64,000 nt of DNA from a virus (Duplodnaviria; Heunggongvirae; Uroviricota; Caudoviricetes): IMG/VR virus record IMGVR_UViG_3300025778_000009. The stretch is one strand, 5' to 3'. The notes beneath the pieces are model-generated. The model did not search any database and was not told the origin of the DNA. It was given only the letters and a program-made list of their open reading frames with translations. The position numbers were made by a program, and so were the translations under genes. Shown piece by piece: positions 54,304 through 64,000 of the stretch (within the stretch, counting starts at the first letter, position 1; each line of letters begins with the position of its first letter).

Positions 54304-57261
54304 ATGGCTGGACTAACAACAAATTTTAATGTTGCTCCTTTTTATGATGATTTTGACGAAGCAAACAATTATTATAGAATTCTTTTTAGACCAGCAACAG
54401 CAGTTCAAGCTCGTGAATTGACGCAATTGCAATCTATTTTGCAAACACAAATTGCAAGATTTGGAAATAGTATCTATAAAGATGGCTCTATTATTGAAGG
54501 CTGTAATTTTACATCTTATCCAAATATTAACCAAGTTAAATTTAAAGACAGTAATAATATTACATTAGATTTTACTACTATTACACCATCTTATCAAGAT
54601 ATCGCCGTTGATGCTAACAATACAACGTTTAATTCCTCTAATACATTTCTTTTAGTATCAAATACTAACGGACTACGTGCTTCTGTGTTTAGAGCTTTTA
54701 CTGGTACCGAATTACAAGTACCTAATACTAATAGAGCATATGTTCAGTATTTAAATACAGGAAACAATGGTGCTACTGACTTTGGTCAAACATCACAGCA
54801 AATTGACGTCTACTCTTCTAATCAACCTAAGAATGGTTTACTTTCTGCAGACAATAAATTAGGTGTAGTATATACCCTCACTTCTAATTCTACCGTTAAC
54901 GCTTTAGGTAAAGGTTATGGTATGAGAGTAGGTAAAGGTATTATTTACCAAAAAGGTTTCTTCTTAAGAACTCTTCCATCTAATTTTATTATTAAAGAAC
55001 ATGATTCTAATGCAGCCGGTATAGTGATTGGATTTGATACTTCAGAATATATTGTAACACCTTATGAAGATCCAGCATTATTTGATAATTCTCAAGGTAG
55101 CCCTAATTATGGTGCACCAGGAGCATTTAGATTAAAATTAACACCATCACCAATATTTTATGATTCATCTAATACATCTGTAGCAGTTCCAAATAACTTT
55201 ATGACAATTGTAAGTTTCGATCAAGGTACTGGTCAATTTATTACTCAACAAAATACTGGATTAGCATTAAGCACGCTAGGCGATTTTATGGCTCAACGCA
55301 TTAGTGAGATAAATGGTGATTTTATTGTTAAGCCTTTTGCTATTAATGTTGTTCCTCATGAAGCTAATACTTCTCTCATGTATTATACAGCATCACCTGG
55401 TATTGCCTATGTTGATGGGTATAGAGTGCAAATTAGAAATCAAGTTAGAACATTAGTTCCTAGAGGCATTAACGGTAAATCAATTACTGGAGATTCTATA
55501 ATTTTATCAATGGGCAATTACTTCTTCTTACAAGAAGTAGTAGGAGCGTTAGATGTTCAAAATTTAGAAACTGTAACATTTTATGATACATTTCAAAATG
55601 CAATATCATTGAATCCCACTATTACATCTCCTGCAGGAACTGCACTAGGTAAAGCAAATATTAAAGCTTTTAAAATTTATTCTGGTATTAAAGGTACACC
55701 TTCTGCGGTTTATCAATTATTTGTTTTTAATATTCAATTAAACCCGGGTGTAAAACCAAGCTCTATTAAAAGCGTTTATGGTAATTCTTCTATTTTTGGA
55801 AAATTTTATGCAGATATTGTTCCTGATTCTTTAACTGGTTTATCTGTATTAAATGAAGCTTCTCTATCTGCACCTCTTTATAACATAGGGTTTACTGGTG
55901 TTAATTCGTTAAAGAATTTTGACGGTGTTAATGGAACGCAGTTTAACTATAGAACTGTATTAACTGGTTCACTTACACCGGAAACTGTTGCAGGTAATAG
56001 AATAAGTAAGGTAACATTTACAATTCCTGGGCCTGATGAATTTCCTTATGGTACAGGTTACTTAGATGATTTTACTTCTCAAGATCTTCAAATTATGTTT
56101 GGCCAAGATTCTTTAAGCAACACAGTTATTAATACTGCACAAATATTAGGCGATACCGGTAATACAATTACAAGTGCTGATGATTTTACTATTAGTCTCT
56201 ACCCAGGTGCTACTATTGCAGTAACTAACACAATTACTAATTCTGTACAGTATGGAACTATTAGTAGTGTTAATTCAAGTAATTCTATTTCCTTATATAC
56301 AAATATAACAAATGCTGGCAATCTTAGATTGCAACAATTTTTTAAGAAAGGTGAAGCAGTAAACTTCTACGGAAGCGGTAATACTATTCATCAAGATTCT
56401 TCAACATCAATTACAGCAACTATTGCTTTTGATCCAGCCTCACCATCTTATGTAATGTATGGGCAAATTCCACAAACTAGAACTGCTGCATTACCTATAA
56501 AAAAGAAAGTTCTTAAAAATCAACTAGTAAAAATTGATTGCGGTACTAATGATGGCGGTTTAACCGGTCCATGGACTTTAGGTATTTCTGATGCATTTAA
56601 TATAGCTAATGTTTATATTGGTACATCATACAGCACTGATAATCCTGATCAAAAAAACTGGTTTACTTTAGATACAGGTCAAAGAGACGGATATTATTCA
56701 AATGCTAGATTAAGTTTAAAACCGCAATACAAAAATGCATTAACTTCTCTTTCTAAACTATTAGTACAAGTTGACTGTTTTTATCCTAATACATCATCAA
56801 CCGAGGCTGGATTCTTTAGTAAAGATTCTTACCCTATAGATGACTATAATCCATCAACTAATGCAAATGCTATTGCAACTGCTCAAATTCCTATCTATAC
56901 AGATTCTTCTAATTTAACTTATGATTTAAGAAACCATATAGATATTAGACCGGTAATGTCAAATACTGCAGTTTATACAAGTATAGTAAGCTTAGCAACC
57001 GAAAATCCAATATTAAATACTAATACTTTCTTTACTTCTAATAACGTTACTATAGATCCAGATTCTAAATTTTCGTTTAATGTAAATTATTTTCTTCCTA
57101 GAATAGATTTATTAGTAATAGATAAAAACGGTAAATTAATAGCTAAATTAGGTACAGTATCAAATGATCCTCAACCGCCTGCCCTAAATAATTCAGGGTT
57201 AAGTATTGCACAAATTTATGTTCCACCTTATCCTTCTTTAACATTCCCAGAAGCACAGTAA
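54304..57261 (+). CDS. VrlC/DUF4815-like virion structural protein, part 1
   Basis: NFNVAPFYDDFDEANNYYRILFRP..AVQARELTQLQSILQ; YFLPRIDLL; ends YVPPYPSL. Confidence 0.8.
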   Translation: MAGLTTNFNVAPFYDDFDEANNYYRILFRPATAVQARELTQLQSILQTQIARFGNSIYKDGSIIEGCNFTSYPNINQVKFKDSNNITLDFTTITPSYQDIAVDANNTTFNSSNTFLLVSNTNGLRASVFRAFTGTELQVPNTNRAYVQYLNTGNNGATDFGQTSQQIDVYSSNQPKNGLLSADNKLGVVYTLTSNSTVNALGKGYGMRVGKGIIYQKGFFLRTLPSNFIIKEHDSNAAGIVIGFDTSEYIVTPYEDPALFDNSQGSPNYGAPGAFRLKLTPSPIFYDSSNTSVAVPNNFMTIVSFDQGTGQFITQQNTGLALSTLGDFMAQRISEINGDFIVKPFAINVVPHEANTSLMYYTASPGIAYVDGYRVQIRNQVRTLVPRGINGKSITGDSIILSMGNYFFLQEVVGALDVQNLETVTFYDTFQNAISLNPTITSPAGTALGKANIKAFKIYSGIKGTPSAVYQLFVFNIQLNPGVKPSSIKSVYGNSSIFGKFYADIVPDSLTGLSVLNEASLSAPLYNIGFTGVNSLKNFDGVNGTQFNYRTVLTGSLTPETVAGNRISKVTFTIPGPDEFPYGTGYLDDFTSQDLQIMFGQDSLSNTVINTAQILGDTGNTITSADDFTISLYPGATIAVTNTITNSVQYGTISSVNSSNSISLYTNITNAGNLRLQQFFKKGEAVNFYGSGNTIHQDSSTSITATIAFDPASPSYVMYGQIPQTRTAALPIKKKVLKNQLVKIDCGTNDGGLTGPWTLGISDAFNIANVYIGTSYSTDNPDQKNWFTLDTGQRDGYYSNARLSLKPQYKNALTSLSKLLVQVDCFYPNTSSTEAGFFSKDSYPIDDYNPSTNANAIATAQIPIYTDSSNLTYDLRNHIDIRPVMSNTAVYTSIVSLATENPILNTNTFFTSNNVTIDPDSKFSFNVNYFLPRIDLLVIDKNGKLIAKLGTVSNDPQPPALNNSGLSIAQIYVPPYPSLTFPEAQ

Positions 57262-57264
57262 AAA

Positions 57265-58830
57265 ATGTCATATAATAGACCAGATCTTGCAGTAAAAGTA
57301 AATATTCAAACTATTAAAGGCTATACTATGAAAGAAATTGGGAATTTAGATTCCCGTATTTCTAGACTTGAATATTATACTGTACTTAACGCCTTAGAAA
57401 CTTCTGCTAATCAAAAATCAGTATCTAATAATGTCACTGGTCAGCAAAGATTTAAAAACGGTATTTTTGCCGATCCTTTCAATGATTTTTCATTAAGTGA
57501 CGTAAATGATCCAGAATTTAGAATAGCTATTGATTCAAGTCAAGGCAATTTAAGACCTTTATTTTCTCAGCAATATGGTCTTTATTTGTTTGTAGGATTG
57601 GCAAGCTCAGGTTATAAAATGCAAGGCCGAATGGCCATGATTGATTATGACGAGGAGCAAGTTATTGCTAATCCAGCTGCTTCAAACTATAGAAACCCCA
57701 TAGAAAATTTCTTTTCCTTTACTGGGCAAGTTACATTATTTCCTAATTTTGATAATGCTGTTAGCGTAACATCTAATCCAGTACCGCAAAATATAACAGT
57801 TGATTTATCTTCAGGGTATAAAAATTTACTTTCTACTGGTTCTATTCAAACACACCAAGATATAAGTTCTGTAGCAGCTGCACCCACTCTAGTTTCATCT
57901 ACGTCAACTACTAATTATTGGTCTCAAACAACTACTACTACCTCTTCTGATTTAACTGTAGGAAGTCAAAGCAGCACTCAAGATTTAGGAAGTGTAGTAA
58001 CCGATGTTAGTATATTAGAATATATGAATCAAAATATTATTATGGGTATTATTTTTGGTGTTAAACCTAACACTATACTATACGCGTTTTTTGATACTCA
58101 ACCTGTAGGCCAGTATATTACTCCTGCATTAGTAAATCAAAAATATCAAGATGCTAAAGGAGATTTTAATTCTCAATCATTTAACCTTTTAGGCACTGGA
58201 AGAACTACACCTATTTTAGTTAAAAACGGAAACTTAGGAGACCCTATAGTTTCAAATGAAAACGGTAAAGCTTATTTCTTCTTTTATTTACCGGCGAATA
58301 CTTTTAGAACTGGTACAAAACAAATTTATTTTTCAGATCAACCAAATTATTCATTAGCATCGACTTCAAAAACTACTGCTGTTGGTACCTACACCGGACA
58401 ATCTTTATCATATACTACAAAGCCGCAATCATTTACTGCTATTGAACCTGTATTTTCTAAACAAACTACAACAACAGAAACTTCTTCGGGATATACTACT
58501 GCCGTACCGCAGCCACCTCCTCCACCTCCGCCACCAATACCTAATCCTACTCCATCACCACCATGGCCAGTATATGTTCCAGCTCCACCTCCACCACCAC
58601 CGGGCCCACCATATCCATGGCCAACATACGTTACACCAACACCTCCACCTCCACCACCACCACCACCTCCTCCACCGGTTCCACAACCTGATCCGCAACC
58701 TACTCCGGTAATAAGTTACGATTATGGTGTTGATACTGGCTATGACGGCGGCGGTGACGGCGGAGGCGCATCTGCAGGTTGTGGTAATAGTTCAGATTCC
58801 GGTGAAGGATGTGGAACATCTGCAGAGTAA
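57265..58830 (+). CDS. VrlC/DUF4815-like virion structural protein, part 2 with poly-Pro tail
   Basis: YTMKEIGNLDSRISRLEYYTVLNALE, RFKNGIFADPF; in frame with part 1 across a single TAA. Confidence 0.75.
   Translation: MSYNRPDLAVKVNIQTIKGYTMKEIGNLDSRISRLEYYTVLNALETSANQKSVSNNVTGQQRFKNGIFADPFNDFSLSDVNDPEFRIAIDSSQGNLRPLFSQQYGLYLFVGLASSGYKMQGRMAMIDYDEEQVIANPAASNYRNPIENFFSFTGQVTLFPNFDNAVSVTSNPVPQNITVDLSSGYKNLLSTGSIQTHQDISSVAAAPTLVSSTSTTNYWSQTTTTTSSDLTVGSQSSTQDLGSVVTDVSILEYMNQNIIMGIIFGVKPNTILYAFFDTQPVGQYITPALVNQKYQDAKGDFNSQSFNLLGTGRTTPILVKNGNLGDPIVSNENGKAYFFFYLPANTFRTGTKQIYFSDQPNYSLASTSKTTAVGTYTGQSLSYTTKPQSFTAIEPVFSKQTTTTETSSGYTTAVPQPPPPPPPPIPNPTPSPPWPVYVPAPPPPPPGPPYPWPTYVTPTPPPPPPPPPPPPVPQPDPQPTPVISYDYGVDTGYDGGGDGGGASAGCGNSSDSGEGCGTSAE
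58504..58704 (+). repeat. Poly-proline low-complexity linker
   Basis: CCA/CCT/CCG runs encoding PQPPPPPPPPIPNPTPSPPWP... Confidence 0.85.
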
Positions 58831-58870
58831 TATATATTAATGAGATTAAGTAATTAACAGGGAATAAAAA

Positions 58871-60523
58871 ATGGCTACTGACGCCTTACTGCAAACATTT
58901 CAAATGAACTATTCAACATCTCCTAATATACCGGGGACGTATCTTACTAGTTTGGGTGTTTTTTTTAAAAATAAAAGTGAAACATTTGGCATCGCTTGCG
59001 TTATATACGGAACAACTAATGGATACCCAGACTCTAGTAAAAATTTAGGTTCTGGATACCTAACACCTGATCAAATAATTACTAGCGACGATTCTAGCGC
59101 TGAATCTAAGTTTTTATTTAGTACTCCTATTATGATTCAAAATGATCAATTGTATGCGTTTGCACTTTTACCAGATGCAGGAAGCCCTGATTTTGATGTT
59201 TTTACATCAGAATTAGGAGGAACAGATTTATTAACTGGTAATTTAATTTCTACTCAACCGTATTCTGGAACATTATTTACTACTTCAAACCAAACAACAT
59301 TTGTTCCTAACGTTACTACTGAAATTAAATTTAATTTATATAGAGCTAAATTTAAATACAATCAAGCTACTTTAGTATTCCGTAATCAGAATATAGATAA
59401 CCTAACTCTAGAAGGTTATAAACGCTATAGCACTTCTATACCATTACAGATCGGTGATGAAGTGTATGCAGTAAATACAAGTACCGGTGAATTATTAACT
59501 AATACTGCCATATATCCGTATGGTAAAATATTTACAGCTGATGAATTATCACAAGAAGTGCAGTTAATTAATACTACTGGTAATTTTAACGTAGAAAATT
59601 ACCCTATGTTAAAAATATTTAGATCTCCAGAACCTGGTAATACATCATACCTTACTAGTAATGATTATTTAATAGCTACTGCAAATTTACAATCTATTGA
59701 TAATATAAGCTATCATTCTTTAGTACCTAAATTTGTAGTTACTGAGCCTGCAGGCTCTTCAGTTACTATGAATTATCAGGGAACCTCTAATACTCTAAAT
59801 GGAAGCGTAAAAGATATTTCTGCATTAGCAGTTCATAATGAACAAAGATATGACTTTACTGATTATGAAAGATCTCTGCTTTCCTATTCTAATGAAAGAC
59901 ATAGAATATTTGGTTCATATGGAGCAAATGGAACAGGTACTGTTATAATTAACATGTATTCTTCTTCTCCTTATTCATCACCTGTTTTAGATACATTAAC
60001 TAAAAGAGTTAATTATATTTCTAATCAAATAAATAATTTAGCAGATAATGAAGATACTATTTACGGTGATGCACTTAATAAGTATATCTCACAACCAGTA
60101 GTTATGAATATAACTGCAGAAGATTTAAGATTCTACTTAATTGGATATCGCCCTCTAGGGACTAATATTAATGTTTATGCAAGATTTAGAAATAATCATG
60201 ATTCTTCTCTATTAAAAGATAATCCATGGAGTCAATTATATCTAGATCCAACACAAACAAATCTTTATAGTTCTTCTAAGGATCAAACAGATTACCAAGA
60301 GTATAATTATTATATACCTGTCGGTAACACGGTCGCTAATCAAACAATTGCCTATATGGATCCTCACTCACAACCACAAGCAAATACTCTAACTTATTTT
60401 GGTACTAGTGGTGCTCAATATGATGGTTTTGATAGTTTCCAAATAAAAGTTGTTCTTTTATCTGATGATCAAATTAAATATCCAACCCTTAAATCAATAT
60501 CAGCAATTGCATTGTTACAATAA
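58871..60523 (+). CDS. VrlC/DUF4815-like virion structural protein, part 3
   Basis: DALLQTF, YLTSLGVFFK, EIKFNLYRAKF, YISQPV, YQEYNY, FQIKVVL..YPTLKSISAIAL. Confidence 0.75.
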   Translation: MATDALLQTFQMNYSTSPNIPGTYLTSLGVFFKNKSETFGIACVIYGTTNGYPDSSKNLGSGYLTPDQIITSDDSSAESKFLFSTPIMIQNDQLYAFALLPDAGSPDFDVFTSELGGTDLLTGNLISTQPYSGTLFTTSNQTTFVPNVTTEIKFNLYRAKFKYNQATLVFRNQNIDNLTLEGYKRYSTSIPLQIGDEVYAVNTSTGELLTNTAIYPYGKIFTADELSQEVQLINTTGNFNVENYPMLKIFRSPEPGNTSYLTSNDYLIATANLQSIDNISYHSLVPKFVVTEPAGSSVTMNYQGTSNTLNGSVKDISALAVHNEQRYDFTDYERSLLSYSNERHRIFGSYGANGTGTVIINMYSSSPYSSPVLDTLTKRVNYISNQINNLADNEDTIYGDALNKYISQPVVMNITAEDLRFYLIGYRPLGTNINVYARFRNNHDSSLLKDNPWSQLYLDPTQTNLYSSSKDQTDYQEYNYYIPVGNTVANQTIAYMDPHSQPQANTLTYFGTSGAQYDGFDSFQIKVVLLSDDQIKYPTLKSISAIALLQ

Positions 60524-60744
60524 TGGCAGACAGTAATTTTATACTTCAAAAAGGTAATAGAGGTGCCGCAATAAACAATAATAGAGAATCTTATGGTTCC
60601 TATTATAGACAAAGAAATTTGATGGCTAAAAATTTAGCACAAGGTGAGCAAATAGAAAACTTGCAAAATCAAATTAATCAGATTCAAGAAGATCAAATAC
60701 AAATAAAAGAATTGTTGTTACAACTACTAGAAAAAAGCAAATGA
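60523..60744 (+). CDS. Small coiled-coil protein
   Basis: AAINNNRESY...EQIENLQNQINQIQEDQIQIKELLLQLL. Confidence 0.65.
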   Translation: MADSNFILQKGNRGAAINNNRESYGSYYRQRNLMAKNLAQGEQIENLQNQINQIQEDQIQIKELLLQLLEKSK

Positions 60745-62585
60745 CAGTACAAATAGCTCCTATTACCCAAACTACAGATACTTTTGGACAATGGTTAGAA
60801 AAAACTAATCAGTTAATTACTGCAGTTAATAATTATGTTGTTTCTGTTAACTCAAATACTGCAGTAGGCAATGCTGATATATCCGGCAAATTGAGCGCTA
60901 TTCAATTTGTTGCAAATAGTGATGGTGGATTTTATGCAGGTATTAGTTCTGCAAATGCTACTTTAGATACTACGTCTTTGTTGTTTAGAACATCATTAAC
61001 TTCTAATGCAATTATCACAGCAAGCGGTATGTTAATTAATGATAGTACACTATATGCTGGTTCTGTAATGACTATGGGTAATACAGTAATTCATAGTGCT
61101 AATATTTCTGTAGATAATCTTTATTTGTCGACATTTGCTAATGTTGGTAATACATTCTTAACTACTAGTAGCATTTATTCAGATTTAGTAAACACTCAAA
61201 TATTTTATGCAAGTGCAAATGGAACGTTTGGTGATAATGAAGCTAACACGTACATAGATAGATATGGTGTTATTGTATATTCACAGCCTACTGGTACTTA
61301 TACTGTAAATACTATAATAACTTCAACATCTGTTTCTTCTGTAGATGTTATCGCAAACACAGTACATGTAGACAATATTATTTCTCGCACACCAGGGCTA
61401 CCTTTCCATATTAAAGGTAATATTGAGTTTCAAGGTGCTAACAACTACTTTGATTTAGGATTAAATTCTAACGGCGATATTAATATTATTAACGGTGCAA
61501 GACTTCATGTTATTACTTCTGATCCAATAAGTGCACAACCTCCTAATAGCAACACATCTATTTTACTTGATAGCAATAACAATAAGCTAATTCAATTTAG
61601 AAATTCTGCTGACTCTGGTCAATATAGCGGATTGGTGTTCAGTGATAGTAAGCAAGGTGGCTACGTTGTTTACAACTCACCTGGCGGATCTTCTGGTGCA
61701 AATAGCGATTGGATGTCTTTAGGTTCTTACAATGGGTTTAAATTTGGTATTGGGCATGATGATACTAGAGATGGTATTGCATTTAAAGGTCAAATAGCAA
61801 CTACTATTGACACTCATGGTATTGAAATAAGAAGCCAAAATGGTGGTCCAAATCTAAGAATGAGAGATTCTTCTGCTGGTGTACTAGCATTTTATGATCC
61901 GGCGGATACAACAAGTTCCGGTACATACAACTATAATATCACTATGGCAGACGGAGAGATGGATTTCAATTTCTCCAGTACAAATTCACCATATGATACC
62001 GGTGATACACAGATGATATTATATGATACTGGAGACTTAACTGTTTATAATTCTTTAGGTGTCGGTACCGATGCAACTGGTAATGATGGTGATATTGCTG
62101 CAAACACAATTATACTAACAGGTACAGCAACAATTGCAAAAGGATTAAATGTAACTGGTAATACAGGTATAAATGGATCTGCATTTGTTAATTTTGATAT
62201 TACTGCTGGCGGGACTATAGCTGCTGGTAATCAAATAAGAGCCGCGCAAGATATTATTGCATTTACTAGTTCTGATAGAACATTAAAGACTAATATTGTA
62301 AATATTCCAGATGCCTTAAACAAAGTAAGTCAAATTAACGGTGTAGAATTTGACTGGACTGATGAGCATATTGTAAAATATGGTGGTATTGATAACTATT
62401 TTAACCGTAAGCATGACGTTGGTGTAATAGCTCAAGAAGTAGAAGCAGTACTTCCAGAAGTTGTAGCAACAAGAAGCGATGGCACTAAAGCAGTTAAATA
62501 TGATAGAATTGTTGCACTTTTAATTGAAGCAGTAAAAGAGCTTAAAGCAGAAGTAGATAGATTAAAAAATGTCAGCACAAAATAA
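60741..62585 (+). CDS. Tail fibre with C-terminal intramolecular chaperone (Peptidase S74 / ICA)
   Basis: TDTFGQWLEKTN N-terminus; SDRTLKTNI, DVGVIAQEVEAVLPEVV, AVKYDRIVALLIEAVKEL. Confidence 0.88.
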   Translation: MTVQIAPITQTTDTFGQWLEKTNQLITAVNNYVVSVNSNTAVGNADISGKLSAIQFVANSDGGFYAGISSANATLDTTSLLFRTSLTSNAIITASGMLINDSTLYAGSVMTMGNTVIHSANISVDNLYLSTFANVGNTFLTTSSIYSDLVNTQIFYASANGTFGDNEANTYIDRYGVIVYSQPTGTYTVNTIITSTSVSSVDVIANTVHVDNIISRTPGLPFHIKGNIEFQGANNYFDLGLNSNGDINIINGARLHVITSDPISAQPPNSNTSILLDSNNNKLIQFRNSADSGQYSGLVFSDSKQGGYVVYNSPGGSSGANSDWMSLGSYNGFKFGIGHDDTRDGIAFKGQIATTIDTHGIEIRSQNGGPNLRMRDSSAGVLAFYDPADTTSSGTYNYNITMADGEMDFNFSSTNSPYDTGDTQMILYDTGDLTVYNSLGVGTDATGNDGDIAANTIILTGTATIAKGLNVTGNTGINGSAFVNFDITAGGTIAAGNQIRAAQDIIAFTSSDRTLKTNIVNIPDALNKVSQINGVEFDWTDEHIVKYGGIDNYFNRKHDVGVIAQEVEAVLPEVVATRSDGTKAVKYDRIVALLIEAVKELKAEVDRLKNVSTK

Positions 62586-62901
62586 CCTTACTATAGATAA
62601 AGGCACTGACTTTATCTACAATATACATTTAATAGATTCTTCTGGGGTACCTGTTGACATTTCTGATTTTACAGGAAACTCTCAAATGAGAACATCCTAT
62701 TCGTCCAATGTGCATGTAACATTGGACGTTGCAATATCAACAGCTAATAATGGGCTTATAACTCTATCAATGAATTCTGAAACTTCTAGCACACTTACTG
62801 CGTCTAGATATCTCTATGATTTAACACTAACAAGTAGTAACAATGTAGTTTCCAGATTAATGGAAGGCTTTGTTACTATTAATCCTAGTGTAACGCGTTA
62901 A
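62569..62901 (+). CDS. Conserved T4-superfamily structural protein
   Basis: NLTIDKGTDF...SQMRTSYSS...ITLSM...RYLYDL...SRLMEGFVTINPSVTR. Confidence 0.7.
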   Translation: MSAQNNLTIDKGTDFIYNIHLIDSSGVPVDISDFTGNSQMRTSYSSNVHVTLDVAISTANNGLITLSMNSETSSTLTASRYLYDLTLTSSNNVVSRLMEGFVTINPSVTR

Positions 62902-63998
62902 ACGCGGTAAATATAAGATCCTGTATGATCACACATTATTGATGTATCAGCATAGATTTTAAACCTTTTTTCTTTACACATTCTAGCAAAGTATAGATCT
63001 TCTGAGAATGTGTGAGCATGATCTAATGCTGACTTATACACAAACTGCGGATAACCAATCTCAGTAAGCACATGCTGTTTAATAAGAGCGCAACCAAAAC
63101 CAACAGCCCCAACTTCTACTAAACCTTTGTCTTTTATTTTCTCATAAGGTATATGAGTATAGCCACCAAGCTCATTTGATTCAAAAATCTCTAGGGTATG
63201 CTGACCTTGTATTCGTTGAATATAAAGACCAGATACTACATCAACATCATGGCTTAATAGTTTAACTAAAGTATCTGGTGCAAATGAAATATCAGAATCA
63301 ACTGCAAACAAATAATCATACCCTTTAACAACCCAGTCAGCAATCAAGTTACGTACTTGATCTACCTGATATCCGTAAAAGAATTGAAAGTAAGTTTCAT
63401 ATCCAGCTGGTACAATCAAATCATAAATGGCTTTAAACGTAGACGCTTCTATATTTCTAGCTGTTGGAATTGCGATTAAAATCTTTTTTTTTATCATATT
63501 GTTTAACTTTTCTGTTGTATTATAAGCAATGATATCTTTTGTAGGAACCATTTCAACATTCAACGGACGAGGCGTCGAATTTACTTCTACTTTATTGATC
63601 TGTATTTTTTTATCACCAGCTATCTTACTAGCATTCTTATTCTGAATCTCACCATTTACTTTATAATCATTCAATGGATTCTTATCATTATAAAGCATAA
63701 CAATATCAGAAACTACTGCAATCTTATTAGGATCAGCTTGTTCTAATATATTATAAAATGTTGCATTATCACCACCTGCCTTAAACCATTCACCGTTTTC
63801 ATCTTTAAATACAGAATCATCTTCAATGTTATGAACTAGTTCAGATCTAAAAACTCTGAGATGCGGATAAGGCATTCCCCAATTAAACTTATACTGACGA
63901 TATGCCTTCTGATCCTTTACCCATTGCGGATATGGTTGTGACTGTAGCGGGATGTTATCAACCTCCGACCAGCAACTGCCATAAGCATATTCTGTCTT
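62898..63998 (-). CDS. Multi-domain GT-A (GT2-like) glycosyltransferase, 5'-truncated by window
   Basis: Frame open to the window edge (KTEYAYGSCWSEVDN...); C-domain KKILIAIP...RNLIA...YDYLFAVDSD (DxD), VGAVGFGCALIK. Confidence 0.8.
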   Translation of the reverse strand, partial: KTEYAYGSCWSEVDNIPLQSQPYPQWVKDQKAYRQYKFNWGMPYPHLRVFRSELVHNIEDDSVFKDENGEWFKAGGDNATFYNILEQADPNKIAVVSDIVMLYNDKNPLNDYKVNGEIQNKNASKIAGDKKIQINKVEVNSTPRPLNVEMVPTKDIIAYNTTEKLNNMIKKKILIAIPTARNIEASTFKAIYDLIVPAGYETYFQFFYGYQVDQVRNLIADWVVKGYDYLFAVDSDISFAPDTLVKLLSHDVDVVSGLYIQRIQGQHTLEIFESNELGGYTHIPYEKIKDKGLVEVGAVGFGCALIKQHVLTEIGYPQFVYKSALDHAHTFSEDLYFARMCKEKRFKIYADTSIMCDHTGSYIYRV

Positions 63999-64000
63999 AT

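Noticed and set aside
57259-57261. Possible stop-codon reassignment suggested by the in-frame TAA
   Set aside because: TAA is the dominant true stop throughout the window and core genes are not interrupted; no recoding signal
62884-62910. Bidirectional terminator at the convergent gene junction
   Set aside because: Only a 4-bp CGCG stem with no U-tracts; the stop codons simply overlap
1-64000. tRNA or rRNA genes
   Set aside because: No canonical T-loop/cloverleaf found by eye apart from the tmRNA tRNA-like domain; tRNAscan-SE would confirm

Overview
This AT-rich 64 kb window is part of the genome of a large T4-superfamily myovirus. It is not a cellular chromosome. Recognisable T4 core genes are gp61, rnh, gp33, gp59, gp32, gp51, gp26, gp54, gp2, gp4, gp48, gp53, a split gp5, gp25, gp6, gp7-like and gp8, and T4-type late promoters (TATAAATA) recur. 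Layout: 1-15.7 kb fibre/receptor-binding and candidate internal head proteins plus Dps; 15.8-25.4 kb a nucleotidyltransferase fusion, spanins, primase, class II RNR, RuvC-like resolvase, glutaredoxin, putative holin and GT4; 25.4-35 kb a divergent early region, 2OG oxygenase, RNase H, PhoH, exonuclease, PRTase and a two-piece tmRNA; 35-62.9 kb SSB, baseplate, a tripartite VrlC/DUF4815-like protein and a chaperoned tail fibre; then a truncated tandem glycosyltransferase. A Gram-negative alphaproteobacterial host is inferred from the spanins and the permuted tmRNA with a GGCAGUA T-loop. The most unusual features are (1) a tmRNA intervening region with a duplicated permutation junction that could release a 24-nt Ala-microhelix-like RNA and two long hairpins, (2) a Pol-beta-family nucleotidyltransferase behind a capsid-targeting-like motif, a candidate packaged and ejected effector, (3) a late-promoter/RBS-sequestering hairpin on the putative holin, and (4) a split gp5 operon carrying three peptidoglycan-active folds. 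All calls come from reading motifs by eye; no database search or folding program was run.
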